DNA of 64,000 nucleotides. It comes from Paragordius varius. Its lineage: Eukaryota; Animalia; Nematomorpha. Where the stretch lies: assembly GCA_964247055.1 (NCBI GenBank), contig OZ176055.1, positions 2,914,001-2,978,000 on the forward strand, in the 5' to 3' direction. The notes beneath the pieces are model-generated. The model was not told where the DNA came from. It saw only the letters and a program-made list of their open reading frames with translations, and made no database searches. Numbering within the stretch: position 1 is the stretch's first letter; each line of letters opens with the position of its first letter. This document shows positions 38,381 through 52,858 of the stretch, in pieces. A program made the translations under genes and the position numbers.

Positions 38381-39682
38381 AAGATTAACATTGGTCAATG
38401 TTATTTAGTCAAAAATCATAATGCCTTTCTGGTTGATTCTCCTTTATAAACTTCGGCCTTGTCCCCCCCCTGCCTGAAATAAATCTGATTAGATATATTA
38501 TTTAATAAATTAAATATTTTTATTTATTTTATATTATAAAATAGACTTATTTTACCATTTTAAGCAGTTAATGCATTAATCATTGAGATAACACATATTC
38601 AAAGGGTATATTTTAAAATGTTTTACGCAACATATTTTGGGTAGAAAATATCATTAAACAATTTTTATAGGTAGTCCCCGATAAGATTAAGATATACTGT
38701 CCTATTTAGGCATTTAAGTATAAAGGTATTAAAATTAAGTAATAGAAATTTTCATTTATGTTATTTTAATTTATGTTTCATAATTTTGACAGTCATAAAA
38801 ATTAACATAAAAATGTTTTCTCAAACTCTTAATTTTACAAGTATTATCAATATTTTTAAATTATTAACTAGGTAAGTGCCAGTACGCCTTGCAATAAAGT
38901 TTTTTATCAATACATTGAATTATATTTTTATATTTAATGTGTATACAAATATAAATAATTCTAGTCCCAAAACAGCTCATTTTAAATAAATGGCATTCAA
39001 TGACATAAACCAATAAATGAAAAATATCAGCAATAGTTCATAAATATCCATAATAAAGGTGATTACTAGTTATTAAAACATATGTTCCAGACAGTATCAA
39101 CTACCAATAAGAAAATTGATGTTTTTATCATTGTCGCTAACCAATCAAAACAATATTGGCTGATCAGTATCCAAATAAAAGCGGAAAAAAATAATTATTT
39201 TTTAAATTTAAAAATTTTAAATATTAATTCTATTGTTATATTAAATTATAGTTTAAACATATTGAGTATTGTACCACTCATTATATTTTATTATATATTG
39301 TAATTGCATGCTATGAAGAAACAATAGCATATGCTGACTGCTACAATAATTATTCTTTTAAACAACATTTTTCTACAAGCTATACATACAGTACCGTGTG
39401 GTAAAAAATAACAAATGATTAAAATTAAAGATTTGTTCCCCCCTATTATTTTACAGTAATTTAGCTTTTTTAATTTTAAACTAACTATTTTCTATACCAT
39501 ACGCTACTGTTTTTTAGCAATTGAAATAAACCAAATGCGGATTGTCCATTCTCTATCACAACATTTTATATTCTCATACATATATACAAATTTTCTCACA
39601 AAAAAAGATAATATTTTTATGGCTAACACTATCCATACAATCCTATATTGAGTTATGAGATAACAAACACCATTATATCACC

Positions 39683-42600
39683 ATGTGGGAAGAGACCGGT
39701 TCCATCATATACAATAATTTTATTCCAATTGTCTGCGTTATAATTAGCAGCGCAATTTTAATAAATTGTTGTCTTTTACACCATAATAATCACCATAATA
39801 ATATGAAAATTGATGTGAATTCTTTGTTTAATCGTATATATCAATTTATTTGGCACATGCCAACCCAATCCAAATCTTATATATTCAGGCTTGTTAAACT
39901 AAAAACGGACCCTCTTCCTGGCCCATATAATTTACCCTTTTTGGGGTATTTACCCTTCATAACGAAAAAACCTCACTTTCATTTCACGTTTAACATGGTG
40001 CCTAAATTTGGAAAAGTATTTTCATTTCGATTCGGTCATCGACAAGCTGTAGTGCTTAATGATTGGGAAAGCGTTAAAGAAGCATTCGTTTCCAAGGGAA
40101 CAACTTTTTCGGGACGGCCCGATTTATTTTTATTTCGTATGCTGAACAAAGGACATGGTAAGACAATTTACACTGAGTTTTATATGGCCTAAAGATAGAT
40201 TTTTTATGACTACACATAATTTTTTGTATAAATCTTATTTTTGATAAAGCTACGGCCATCAACCTCATGTCATTATCATAATATTATTGTGTAACACTAT
40301 ATTTTTACCTATTTTTACTCATACATTTATGAACTAGTCACATATCGTAAATACCCTCAAAAGATATAAAACTTTTTATATTAATTTTTTTGCCTAAAAG
40401 TAGATATATGTAAAGCGGCTATAAAAAACAATATAAGTTTTACGTATAGGTGTAAGAAGTATAAAACAATATTTGTGGATATCGTAAAATAACATAAAAA
40501 TAAAATATGATTTATTAATTCTCAAATTTTCGCCATGGCATCATCAGGAGATACAGTTAGGTAAATATATATATATATATATATATAAAACAATAAATTT
40601 TAAATTGAAAAATAAGTAAAATCATGATTGATACTACTTAAATAGGAAAAAATCGCAAAGAAACCGTTAATGGACAGAAGAAAGAAACAAACTTAAAACG
40701 AAACCGTTATGTTATCAAAAACGTGCATTTTAATTAAGTAAAAATTAAAATTGTACGGTTAAAACGTAAAAGTATAACGACAAATATTTTTATAATAAAA
40801 CCCTACTTTTAAACCCTAGTTTTTCCCATATAAATTATTCTATAAATAATAAAGTATAAAACTGTTTGTGTTTCCAATATAGATTTCTATTTTTAATTTG
40901 TAATATGTAACAATTATATATAATTCAAAAAAACTGATTTAAAAAATATGGTTGTGTATTTTAGAAAAATATTTGTCTTACGTTTTGCTGCGCCTTATTT
41001 TAAATTTTTGGTTCCAGACTCTAAAACACAGAGGCGAAGCTAGGGGGGAGGAAAGGGGGGCTGATGCACCAGGCGCCATAGTTGAAGAAGCGCAGGATTA
41101 GAAAATCTTTTGATTTTATTACAAAAATATATGTATTTTAAAGTTATTTAAAGAATACAAAAAAATCACCAATTTATGAATGGTCATATCCACGGTTTGA
41201 AATTGATTATTTTTTAATATGCAAGGGGTTGCATGGAGGGGGAGAGGGGTACCATTACGGATAGCTACGCCTCTGATCCAGATCATTTATATGGCGAAAA
41301 TTTGAGAATCAATATATATTGATTTTTACGTCATTTTACGACGATTTCCACATCGTTTTCATTACATACCCTCGTCTTTACCCACTCAATTTCTGTTTTT
41401 ATCATGTTACATTTTTTAATATCATATTAAACTCTAATTGTGGCCTAGGCAAAAAATATTTTTTGAATGTTTTTGTCAAAAAACGGTATAAATTTTAAGT
41501 AATTATCCTATACAAAACTTAAATTTTTTAATAACAATACAGTATAGCCAAAAAATGTTTGAATTTAGGGCTAATTAATAGTGAAGGTACCTACCGAAAA
41601 CATCAAAAGAAATTTATCATGAACGCGGTGAAAGAAGTTTTTGACGATCCCTCTTTCCATACCTTTTTATCTAATGAGGTATAAACTAATAATTTATTAA
41701 CATGCATTATGACTATCGTACATATATACACTGTGTCCAAAAAAATTTTAAAAGTATTTTTTTCATGAGATAGCTTATAACCAGCCTTTTCATTTGCCAT
41801 TAAAATCTTTATTTGTTTACGACCTAGTTTTAAAATTTTGTAAGAAAATCGAAATGGCGCAAAAAGTGAAAATTAAGGATAATTCAAAAAATAATGATAA
41901 ACTACATATTATCAATACAATATAGCCTAAAATCATATAGTTAGGGTGCAAAATCGCAGTTTAAAAGATGACGTTTTTATTTTAATACACTTAAAAGACA
42001 AAATTTTTATATGAAACTATATTAAAATATTTTTTTTAATTATTTACTAGCTAAACTCATATCTTAACATTCATATTTTACGCAGTAAAAAATTTTTAAT
42101 ATAAAATATTTTTTTTTCATGTTTTGTCATCTGGTTCATGAGTAAATAAAATATTCATACTGTTTTATTTTGCAATTTACAGAGGGGAAATTATAAAGTA
42201 TATAGAATTTAAAAGTAGCGGAATATCAACCAACGATCCTTGCAATTCCCTGTAACAAGTTCGTTTTTACACAAATTAATATTTTTACTGGGATATGTAT
42301 GGATTTTAGTTAATTTTCCAGTACTTGTAATTATTTTGTATTAATTTATACTTTTTAATTCCGGCTCATGTGAAATTGCAAAATAAAACAGTAAATTTTT
42401 TAAGGCTCTATAACTATACTATATTTATTCTTATTTTCATTCATAAAAATAATTTAGCCTATAATAAATTCGTATAGTTTCATACGTTTTATTGAACATA
42501 GTGTCACCGCCAATTTTACATTGACAAATCTAAAATTATTCCACCACTTTGTTAAAACTGTCTCCTCTTAGAGCTTGAAAATACTTAATTAATAACTTTT

Positions 42601-45600
42601 CATTGCTAATTTTTTATGGGAAATATTTAAATAGTAGCACCCTTAATATTTAGTTCATATTTAGGGGTCATTGTAAGGGGGGCATTGTTACAGTTATGTA
42701 TATGTAGAATTGACAAAAATTCGTTTTTAAATGATTATAATGTTTGATATGTCAACTTTCAACATGCGCATTTTTTAGCATTAAAATAGTAATAGCTTAT
42801 TTATTGTAAACAATTAAAAACAAAGTAAAATCAATTAAAAACGTATATCTGACAATTCTAAACATACATGACTGTAATTGCACTTGATTCTAAATACAGT
42901 AAAAATTTTAATTAGACGGAAAAAATGTAAAAAGGAATATTTTTTAAAAAAAGACAACTATACTTCCAAAACCTTAATGTTTCCAATATTTTAATTTGTA
43001 AAATATACGATTCATAAGGTCAGCCATATGCACCTCTAATTCATACTTTACAATTTTAACGATGATGTAGCAAAAAATCAATAATGAAAAAGTATGGTTG
43101 TCTTGGTTTATTATACGTTTTGTCCGTATAATTTCAATTTTTTACTGTATAGTTTTCCAAACTCATCCATTATTACATTTTTACAAAAAATCCGTTTAGC
43201 TTTTTTTATTATAATATTTCATGCTAGATGAAATATTTATGTGAAGCAATCGAAAAAGTACGTGATTCTGAAATTACTAAACAACAAAATCCAAACCCTA
43301 GTATAGACTTACATAAATTAATTCAATGTTGTTTTATTAACGTGGTTTGTGGAGTGGTGTTCGGATGTCGATACGAATACGATTCACCTGTCATCGAAAA
43401 ATTTATGAATGAAATTGACAAAAACTTTGAACTTGTTGGTAAAACTTTTTTGTTGCAAATTAAGCCATTCTATAATCCTTAAGTGTTATTTATTAAGTGT
43501 AAAAAATATTGGCAAAACGAGAAAATCAATATGTATAAAATGTACATATTTTGGGACAGAGTGTCATGTTATGCAAAATTTGGTAAAAGTTGTAAATGAA
43601 TATATAGCAGTCAAACAATGTGAAAAAAAATCTTTCTTGGTTGCCTATTCAATCATAAAATAGAAATGTTATCATTTTTCAACGTTGTTTCATAAATATT
43701 TATTTCGCATACATTTTTACATAGTATAGGTTATAAAGTAAGAAATAGAGTCTAAAACAGGGGTGTCCAACGGCAGCATTTTAAACCTTTAAAAACGGTA
43801 GGCCGCATATGAAATATATAAGTGGGCCTTCATATATAATTTATTAGATTTCAAATATAAGAATGTAATATGCAAACAATTCAAATAATTTTTTCTAGTT
43901 TTTGTCAATTGAACACATAAAATAAAAAAATTGTTTAAGAAATATTGATTGATTTTACTAAGATTTTATAAGTATATTTTTACAAATTATGTATTCAGAT
44001 TTTTCGCGGGTTACATGTTTTCCACCCCTGGTCTAAAAATTATCGTGGTTAAAATTTAATTAATTTATTTTTATCAAAGGTCAAAAAGGCGTTTTACTAA
44101 ATTTTTTCCCACCATTTATCCGTGATGCGCCGTGGGTGAGGGGACATTTCGCATACCAAGAAATATTTGATTCAATCGAATATCTATTGGCATTTACCGT
44201 TAGGCATATCAAAGATGTTTTGGATGATAGCAGCGTTGATACATCGAACAGACCAAAAAATTTGGTTCAAATCTATGCAAATTACATTAAAAAATATGAA
44301 AATGAGATGATTTTATTAGATCCAGAATTATCCGAAAAACATCCATTAAAATTTGATATGCCAAAACGACCTCTGAAAACTATAGAAACTTTGATCGGAG
44401 ATGGATATTTACAAGAGTTCACAACAGGAGAAGAGTTGTGCACAGATAAAAAAGCTGATGAAACCCCCTTCGAAGAAATATTACCTAAATTTCCAGGGCT
44501 AGAAGATAGCAGTTTTGCCAGCTTCCTTATGAGAGGAAACAAGAACAATGGTTTTACTGGTAAATGTTTAACACGTTTTTAATTTTGTTGTTAATCATAT
44601 TTAGGTTAATTAGGAAATTTAATGTTTTTAAATACTTTTTAAGACGTTTAAGGTGTATTTTGGTAAAAAATACCACAAGTTTATTTTTCCAAACAATTTG
44701 TCATTTTATCAATATGTCTTTGGGTTTTGTCAGAATTAGAACCTCGATATTCAGAAAAACTGTTTTATTAAAGAAATATCCAAGATCTATTTGTTATATT
44801 ACTATAATTTAATAAATATTTTGGTTATTATTACAATATCATTTAATCCATTTGGTAAAAAATTTCCTCTATAAATTTAAATGGTTTATGCACATTTATA
44901 TATTCAAACCATATTTTTGAATTTTTGCATCCTAAATTTTGGGCGATTATATGCGTGATTTGCATCGATTCTCCAATTATAAATACTAACATTAAACCAA
45001 GTCCTTCACTTTAATTCAAATAATTCTATAATCTAAGCTGCAAAATACCATAATATCATAAATTGGCATTAGGTTTAGATATGATTATCAGTCTTATGGA
45101 TATGTTTTTGGGGGGAACAGAAACAACACAAACCGCGTTCCGTTGGGGTTTATATTTTATGGCTAAGCACCCTTCTATTCAAGATTGTGTTTGGGCCGAA
45201 CTTGATAGCTATGCCAGAGAACAAAAGGACCCCAATGTTTTCAAAGAATTTACAATATCCTATGCCAATCGTAATGCCTTACCATACACGAATGCTACTA
45301 TAATGGAGATACAGAGGAGAGGTAATATAATTTTAGAGTTCTTAAACCCTAAAAATAATTTGGACAGCATTTTGATGATCAACATGTGTCTAGGGGTCTA
45401 TTCGATTTTAAAAAACCAATCACCGTACTTTAAAGGCACTTTTGATTTTATCCGTTTCATTTATTTGATTGAGATTAAACCCAAGGCTTAATTTATAAAG
45501 CAATGATTATATGTGTAAGCGTAAATGAAATATCTGGGGCATGATTAAATTTAAATGGTTACAATCCATTTTTATGAAAATTATATAAATACTACAGTTA

Positions 45601-46769
45601 AGAGTCTCTTTTTTCCTATTTTATTAAAGGGTAAGAACTTAAACTGTATCCGGACATATGAAGGCTTTTAACACTCGCCTGCCCAGGGCTGACAGTGATG
45701 ATAAAAAAAAATGAGTAGTTTCTGGGTTCGAACTCTGACACGCAGTGTAAGAGTCCGGCGCCCTACCTACTATTCCATCACACCTTCATTTTTATGAAAA
45801 TTATACATGACAAAAAAACATTAGTGTTTAAAACAATATTTTTCGGTATTTATTAACAATTGAACAAAAAGCCTCTTAATATTAAATCCAACGATTTTTT
45901 GTGTATATTTTACGAGAGTTTTTTTTAAATATATTTTTAATAGTTTTTTATATGAACTAGCCTCAATAGCCCCCATCGGTTTATTTCATGCAAATGTTAG
46001 CGAATGTCAAGATTTTACAAAACACAAATATCGAGTGCCGACCAGATCCTACATTATAGCAAATCATTATGCCATCCATCATGATCCAAAATATTGGCCC
46101 AATCCCTACGAATTTCAACCCAAACGATTTTTAAAACCCAAAAACTTTTTAATAGAAACCACAAAAGGCAAAGGATCTCTTAAATCTGAAGAATATAAAA
46201 ATAATATAAATAATGAAAAAGAAATAAATCCAATCAAGGTTAATCCAAATTTACCCGAAAAGAATAGCGAAAAATGGGATCTTATATCTGACAAACCCAG
46301 TTATATGCCCTTCTCTATTGGTATAAATGGATTTTATATATTAACTATCTCTGATTTTACATATTTTTAACGGACTCAGTTAAGTTTCTTTAAATATCAC
46401 TTAAAAAGAAAATATAACCTAACTGTTTCTTTTACTAAAAACCCCTATAAAAACTTTCGCGCTATCTACATAAATTCATAATTATATATATGTTATAAAG
46501 GCATAAAAATTTTCTTAGGTTCCAGAGCATGTTTGGGTATCAGCATTGCTAAAAGCGAAATATTTTATGCGTTTGTCCATCTGTTTTACCGTTATCGTTT
46601 AACATTTTCCGATGATTGTAAAGATACCTTGCCTATTTTTCAAACTACACCAAACATCAATGAAATATATGGGATTTCTACCGATAATAATCAAATTGAA
46701 GATGGGGATATGGCCATAACTTGGAATCCACCCCCTTTTAAATTATATCTTGCACCTAGAAAAATTTAA
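39683..46769 (+). CDS. Cytochrome P450, CYP2 clan, ~711 aa, 7 exons: 39683-40157, 41569-41678, 43228-43438, 44080-44559, 45073(or 45079)-45321, 45961-46320, 46519-46769
   Basis: PLPGPYNLPFLG proline cluster; FSGRP; I-helix DMFLGGTETT; K-helix EIQRR; QPKRF (PERF); heme motif PFSIG|SRACLG split by the last intron. All GT-AG junctions are in phase (2136 nt). Confidence 0.95.
41029..41275. mobile_element. hAT-type MITE (CAGAGGCG termini) in P450 intron 1
   Basis: TIRs CAGAGGCGAAGCTA / TAGCTACGCCTCTG; no clean TSD. A related end lies at ~47254. Confidence 0.6.
43758..44030 (+). mobile_element. Buster-type hAT MITE in P450 intron 3
   Basis: CAGGGGTG...CACCCCTG termini; perfect 8-bp TSD GTCTAAAA. 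Confidence 0.85.
45601..45781 (-). mobile_element. tRNA-Lys-derived SINE, best-preserved copy (P450 intron 5)
   Basis: Minus-strand head GGTAGGGCGCCGGACTCTTACAC resembles tRNA-Lys(CTT) GGTAGAGCATGAGACTCTTAATC. Intact B box GTTCGAACC, then a non-tRNA body and A-rich tail. Confidence 0.7.
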
Positions 46770-48448
46770 TTTTTTTATTGGTGTAAAAAATGTATATATA
46801 TGTCGATATTTGTACAAAGTTTTTAAATTGTAATAATATTTGTGCCGAATAAATAGAAATGTTTTGTAAAAAGTATTTTAAAATATCTTATTTTACATAA
46901 CCACATTTTAGCATTCTTCTATACGCAATTAATCTCTCAAATATAATTTTTGATACATTGTATATAAAATAAATAATTATACCATAAAGATAGATAAAAA
47001 ATGTTAAAAAATTATTTTATATCAGGACTTTGTACGAGCCCGAAAAAAGCCTTTTTTAAGTCGGAACCAAAAACGGCTTGCTATTTCATTCGGCCAAATT
47101 CTTAAATTTCGCCATTTTATGGTCAGTTAAGAGTATAGCTGTTGGTTTTTTGATGATAATTAAAAAAAAATAATTTAACTATTCAAATTTAGATAGTATT
47201 TTAAACAACGAATAATATTTTTATAATAATATGGAGGCTAAGCCACCTATTTTGCAGAGGCGTAGCTTGCATTTCTGGCGCCCGCTTTCCTCCCCTATTT
47301 AAAATAGAGCCAGTGCATTTTAACATTTTTAAACCGAAACCGCGCCTCTAACGATCATTAAGAGTTCATTAGATTCTATATCTATATCGTTATAGGACTA
47401 GCAATGATAAAATTTTTTATTTTTTTCTTACATTTTATGTTTCGAAAACCCTTTTAAAAAAAATTAAATGAATTTGATATAACTGAATATATATTTACAT
47501 TAATATTTTGCGAATTGGGGTATCTAGTGACCCCAGACTATATTTCGGTTGATATTTTTAAAAACTAATGAAAAAACGGTTATAATTAATGCTTCTATCC
47601 CATTAAAATTATAGAAATATGCTAAAATATTTAAATAAAATTTAGTTTTAAAAAAAGTTCCATATAAAACAACTTCAAAGTCATTTTTATTCTAATTATT
47701 TTTGCAAAATATTGTCTTTTGATTCGAACGCTAAAATCAAAGTTTTTTACTTAAATCATAAACATTGATATAAGAAGAAGTGATATATTTAACATTATTA
47801 TTATATTTAGCTAATAGAAACATGTGTTTTGACTAATTCTAATTTTTTACCTTAATGTTTATCTACAAAATAATAAATATAAAGTTTTTTCAACTGAACC
47901 TTTTTTTATATTTCGGTTCTATCAATGTTATATAAGTGCAAATTTTGTAATGATTTCAATGTGTTCCATATTTTTAGATATATTTTATATCAAACAGTCC
48001 TCGAATCACCCAAAACCCCAATTTGAAAAGGAGGACTCAAATGAGTCTGTTAAATGTTAAATATAGAATAAGGTTTGCAATATAACAGGAGGTCAAACGA
48101 GATATAAATAATAATTAAAAAATAATTTTTTTATTGGGAAAAATAAAGAAAGTGATATTAGGGTTATATGTTTTTTTTAAAAAGTTTGGCTTTGTCATGA
48201 TTGACAAAATTTATTATAGTAAACATGAAAAATAGGAATGTTCTAGCTAATAAATTGAAATTGCATATGTTATGGACGTCATTATTATAATAATTCGTTA
48301 AATGCTGCAGTCAATTTACTAGTTAAATAAATTTTTTGTAAAAACCATGTTTGGAAAAAATATATAGTAATATTAAATTATATCATTTCAAACTAAAGGC
48401 AAACGATCGTCAATAGTTATCGCAGAATAGTTTCGTGCATGTTAGCAC

Positions 48449-49121
48449 TAGGGTTGTGCTACCCCCTCAATTGACCGGGTCATGACCAGGTCAGTGACTA
48501 TTTATTTTTTGACCATGGTCATTTATAAAAACAGCTGTTTTTTGAAAAAATGCTAGTAATTTTTTTGGAAGAGAGATAAGATTTCATTGTTTTTTAAATA
48601 TTTTTTATTATAAATTAAATGTTTAAATATGCTTGTTTAACAATATAAAATTGTTAAACATGCATCCTTAAAACATTAGCATTAAAGCATATCCAGTTAT
48701 TTCAAAAAACAAAACAATCAAGCACAATGCAAAATATGCAATTATTCCATATATGTGAACCAATAAAATGCAAAACATTTTATAATTTTTATAAATGATG
48801 AAAGAAAGTGTAAAACAAGCCAGGTAAAATTTTGAAATATCCAGTAAAATCTATGTATTTTAAGATTCAGAAGGCCTTAAACATGTGACAAAATTTATTG
48901 AAAAAAAATGGATTAAATTTGATTGAAAATATTAAATAATAAATATCAATAAAATGTATAATACAAACTCTAAGAAAAATGATTAGTGAAACGCAAGTGC
49001 GCGAGAACATTATTTTCATCCAATATGCAGTGTTATTTATTTAATTAAAAAGTGGCCATCACCATGGTCTGACTGGGTCTGACCGGACATTTTTGAAAAA
49101 GCAGTCAAATGCACAACCCTA
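48449..49121. mobile_element. 673-bp TIR element (TAGGGTTGTGC termini) inserted in another repeat
   Basis: TAGGGTTGTGC / GCACAACCCTA termini; 7-bp direct repeat TTAGCAC on both sides. An empty-site homolog of the host repeat lies at ~37515-37570. Confidence 0.75.
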
Positions 49122-49484
49122 TTAGCACTTATCAGTACGACACAACAATTTGACTTGGGGTTTTCACTTGTCAATTTCTAAACATCCAACATTTCATTTT
49201 GGTATAAATGCAGTCGGTTATAATGATTAGTGCTAACAAGTACCAAACTAGTCTACCATTACTATTGACTAACGGTTTCATATATCATTTGGTGTTTGCA
49301 ATGTAAAATTGAATTAAATGAATTTTCAGTTTTCGTTTATATCAATATTTCACGGATCAACAACTGTTATTAAAAAACATTATCAATCCGTTTCCCTTAC
49401 AATATCAGTCTTATCTTTTGTTTTTTAACAAAATAGTGATGCTTAGTTATTAAAGTTGATTTCTAGGAAATTATTAAGTAGCTA

Positions 49485-52400
49485 ACTATTGATTTCACGC
49501 ATGTAAACACATGCTTTTAATCAATTGGGAAAGGTGCGGTAACCTACCCATATCTTATCGATCTTTTTTACCAAAAACATTGATTAAATACCTTCTCCAA
49601 ATATTAGTAGTTAGATTATATTCCTTACATATCCATAACATATTTCTCATCACATTCTCCCATTCTAAGCACATTCTGCTAATGTTGAAATCACGTAATC
49701 TCAGCATCCGCATCGCAACGTGGAACTTACGTGGAGCCTACAACAATCACAAACTAGATATAGCCGTTAACGAAATGACTAAGCATAAAATTGACATACT
49801 AGGAATTTCAGAATCACACATTCCCGCTACCGGAACTTTAGAATTTGACAATCATATTATGTATTACTCCGGCCACGACTCGTTAAAATACAACGGTGTA
49901 GGTATAATAATGAACAAAAAGCTAGCTAACTTATCGGACATTTTTAATCCAATCAATGAACGTATAATTGCATTCCGCATACAAACAACCCCTCAACCCA
50001 TTACTATCTCTCAAATTTACGCCCCTACCTCCTCTTACAGCGATGACGACTGTTAAAAATTTTACAGCGATCTCGACTTGGCGATTTCCCAAATCTCAAA
50101 AAATGATATCCTATTTATCTTAGGCGATTTCAATTCAATCATAGGAAGAAACAAAACACCTCCTATGACGGGCGGCATGGGCTTGGGCATAAAAAACGAG
50201 AGAGGAGACAGATTGATTGAATTGTTTCTTCGTCACAAACACCTTTTTTAAACAGCCCAAACGACGTCTATACACATGGCGTTCCCCGTAGATACCGTAA
50301 CCAAATTGACTTCATATTAGGTGTGGTAAAATATAAAAGTTCATTTCATAATGTCAAATGCCTACCAGGATCGGATTGCTACAGCGACCACAACCTATTG
50401 ATCGCCAAACTCTGCATTAAAATACAACTTCCCAAAATATGCAAACCCACCAGAACAAGATTAGATTATGATACAATCGACGACAAGTTTAGCACCGCTT
50501 TATCTAATCGTTTCGAATGTCTTGATCACAATTCCGAAAACTATCAGGATATAAACTCCTTTTGGAACGCTATACACACAATGTGCAGAGACACAGCCGA
50601 CGAATTTATACAGCCTCTCAAACGTACTAAACAAAAAATAAAATTGTCAACCAAAAGTCTCGAGATCGCAGAAAAACGTAGATAATCCAAAATCAAATGC
50701 AAATGGGATGAATACAAACAACTAAACAGTGAATTTCAGAAGAGTGCAAGAGAGGACAAAAATAAGTATTATGACCAACTATGTGAAAAATTAGAAACAG
50801 ACACCAAAAATAACCGAAACCTTTTTGCCCATGCAAACAATATTACTCCACACAAAAAAGTTTTTTACGGACCTATGAGAAACGACAACAACTCAATCGT
50901 CACTGAAAAAGACGAAATTCGCAAACTCTGGCATAAACACATAAGTAAACTATACAACGTAAATAACCTCCAGACTATTAACGAACTTACTCAACAAAAA
51001 GAACCACCTATTATGAAAGAAGAAGTGGAACTCACGATAAAACACTCTAGTACTGGCAAATCAGAGGGGCACAGAGACATCCCTACTGAAATAATAAAAT
51101 ATATCCCAATCGATATACTTACCAAATTATTTCAAACCATATTTGAGATGGAAAAAATTCCTGAGGATTGGTCCACATCCATTATATTTTAAAAAAGGGT
51201 AACCCAGAACTGTGCGACAACTATCGCACCATAGCGCTCAACCAGGTGTCCAAAGTTTTTTTAAAAATAATACAGTTTCGACTAAATACCATTCTTGACA
51301 CCGAGATATCCACGATTCAGGCTGGTTTTCGAAAAGGTAGAGGATGCCGTATTATATGTAATATGAGGTGTATATCGAGAAACACATCGAATTTAACAAA
51401 GAATTGCATATGTGCTTTGTCGATTTTTCCAAAGCATTTAATTACATCCAGTATAATAAATTACGAAATGTTCCAAAACAACTTGGAGTATTAACACATC
51501 TAATCAACGTCATATTCTCAATTTATTTAAATACACGGCTGTAATATCTACACCTCACGGTATAACTGACCCATGTAAGGTACAAGTCGGCCTACGCCAA
51601 GGATGCGTTTTATCCCCAATTCATTTTAACGCATACCTCGAATGCATAATAATAAACATCCCAGAAACTTATGGCATTAATGTAGGTGGAAACCTACTTA
51701 CATCCGTTCACTACGCGGATGATACAGTCTTATTCGCAGACAGTGTAGACACATTATCGCAAGCCTTGCATGTGTTTACAACTGAATGCAATAAATTTGG
51801 ATTAAATATCAATTTTAAAAAAACAAAAGTCATGCAAACCAACCCGGCTCAAACTAACCCAATAATCCTCAACGGCAACCAGATCGAAACAGTAAACAGT
51901 TACACGTACTAAGGTAGCATTTTAAACAGTGAGAACAACTCTACGCCAGAAATAAAGCGAAGAATTGCTATCGCTAAAGCAGTCACATTCAAATATAACA
52001 AGATTTGGATGTCGCATGACATTAAACTAAAGACCAAAATCAGATCAATCAATGCTACAGTTTTTCCCACATTCATGTATGGGGGGGGGGGGAAAGTTGG
52101 ACACTGAAAAAATATGACGAACGTCAAATAAATTCTTTCGAATTATGGGTTTGGAGGAAACTTCTCCAAATAAAATGGACAGACAAAATTTCAAACACCA
52201 CTATTTTAAATAAAATTAACCCAGAAATGTCACTTCTAGGCAGCTTAATACGGCAAAAACTCTCCATTTTCGGGCACATTATGAGAGCCAACTCACTTGA
52301 AAAATCACTGATGCTGGGAAAAGTGAGTGGTGCTCGAAAAAGAGGGAGAAGACGAATTCGTTAGATGGATAACATCCTCAAAGAAACCAACCAATCACTA

Positions 52401-52500
52401 CTCGAACTAAACACCAGATCCAGTAATCGCAGTGAATGGAGAAGTTATATTTTCAATGTTGCAGTTAGTCGGAATCGACCTTAGCAACAACAACAACAAC
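49485..52500 (+). mobile_element. Full-length but decayed RTE-clade LINE (APE endonuclease plus RT)
   Basis: 12-bp TSD ATTAAGTAGCTA (49473-49484 and 52501-52512); (CAA)n tail. Motifs RIATWNLRG, LGISE, QIYAPT, GDFN, SDH, YRTIAL, QAGFR, RQGCVLSP and YADD are spread over frameshifted ORFs. Confidence 0.92.
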
Positions 52501-52589
52501 ATTAAGTAGCTATACTCTAAAACTTGGGTTAATCCTAGTGTTAATTTTCATTAATGCTCCACATTTTTGTTTAATTAAATGAGAGGTAT

Positions 52590-52858
52590 CGATGGGCCGC
52601 AAAAAAATTGGAAATCCATAATTTGCATATGCTTACAAAATCTTAACAAAAAATATTTCTTAACCAATTTTTTTTAATTATACTCAAGAATTGGCAGGTA
52701 GTATAAAAAATTGCTATATTGTGTTTGTATTTTACAGTCTTATGTTTGAAATGTAATAAAATATTTATAAATGCTCATATATATATTCCGAATGGGATGG
52801 CCCAATTTTCAAAGTCTAAAATGCGGCCCACGAAGCCATTTGCGTTGCACATCCCTGA
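52590..52858 (-). mobile_element. Reverse, degraded copy of the Buster-type MITE family
   Basis: Ends atgcggcccacgaagccatttgcgttgcacatccctg, the reverse complement of the family's left end (CAGGG.TGT.CAA..CAAATGGCTTCG.GGG). Confidence 0.6.

Noticed and set aside
41603-41800. 65-aa minus-strand ORF
   Set aside because: It is antisense to P450 exon 2.
45720-45781. SINE head as a functional tRNA gene
   Set aside because: It has no acceptor stem or complete cloverleaf and is attached to a repeated non-tRNA body.
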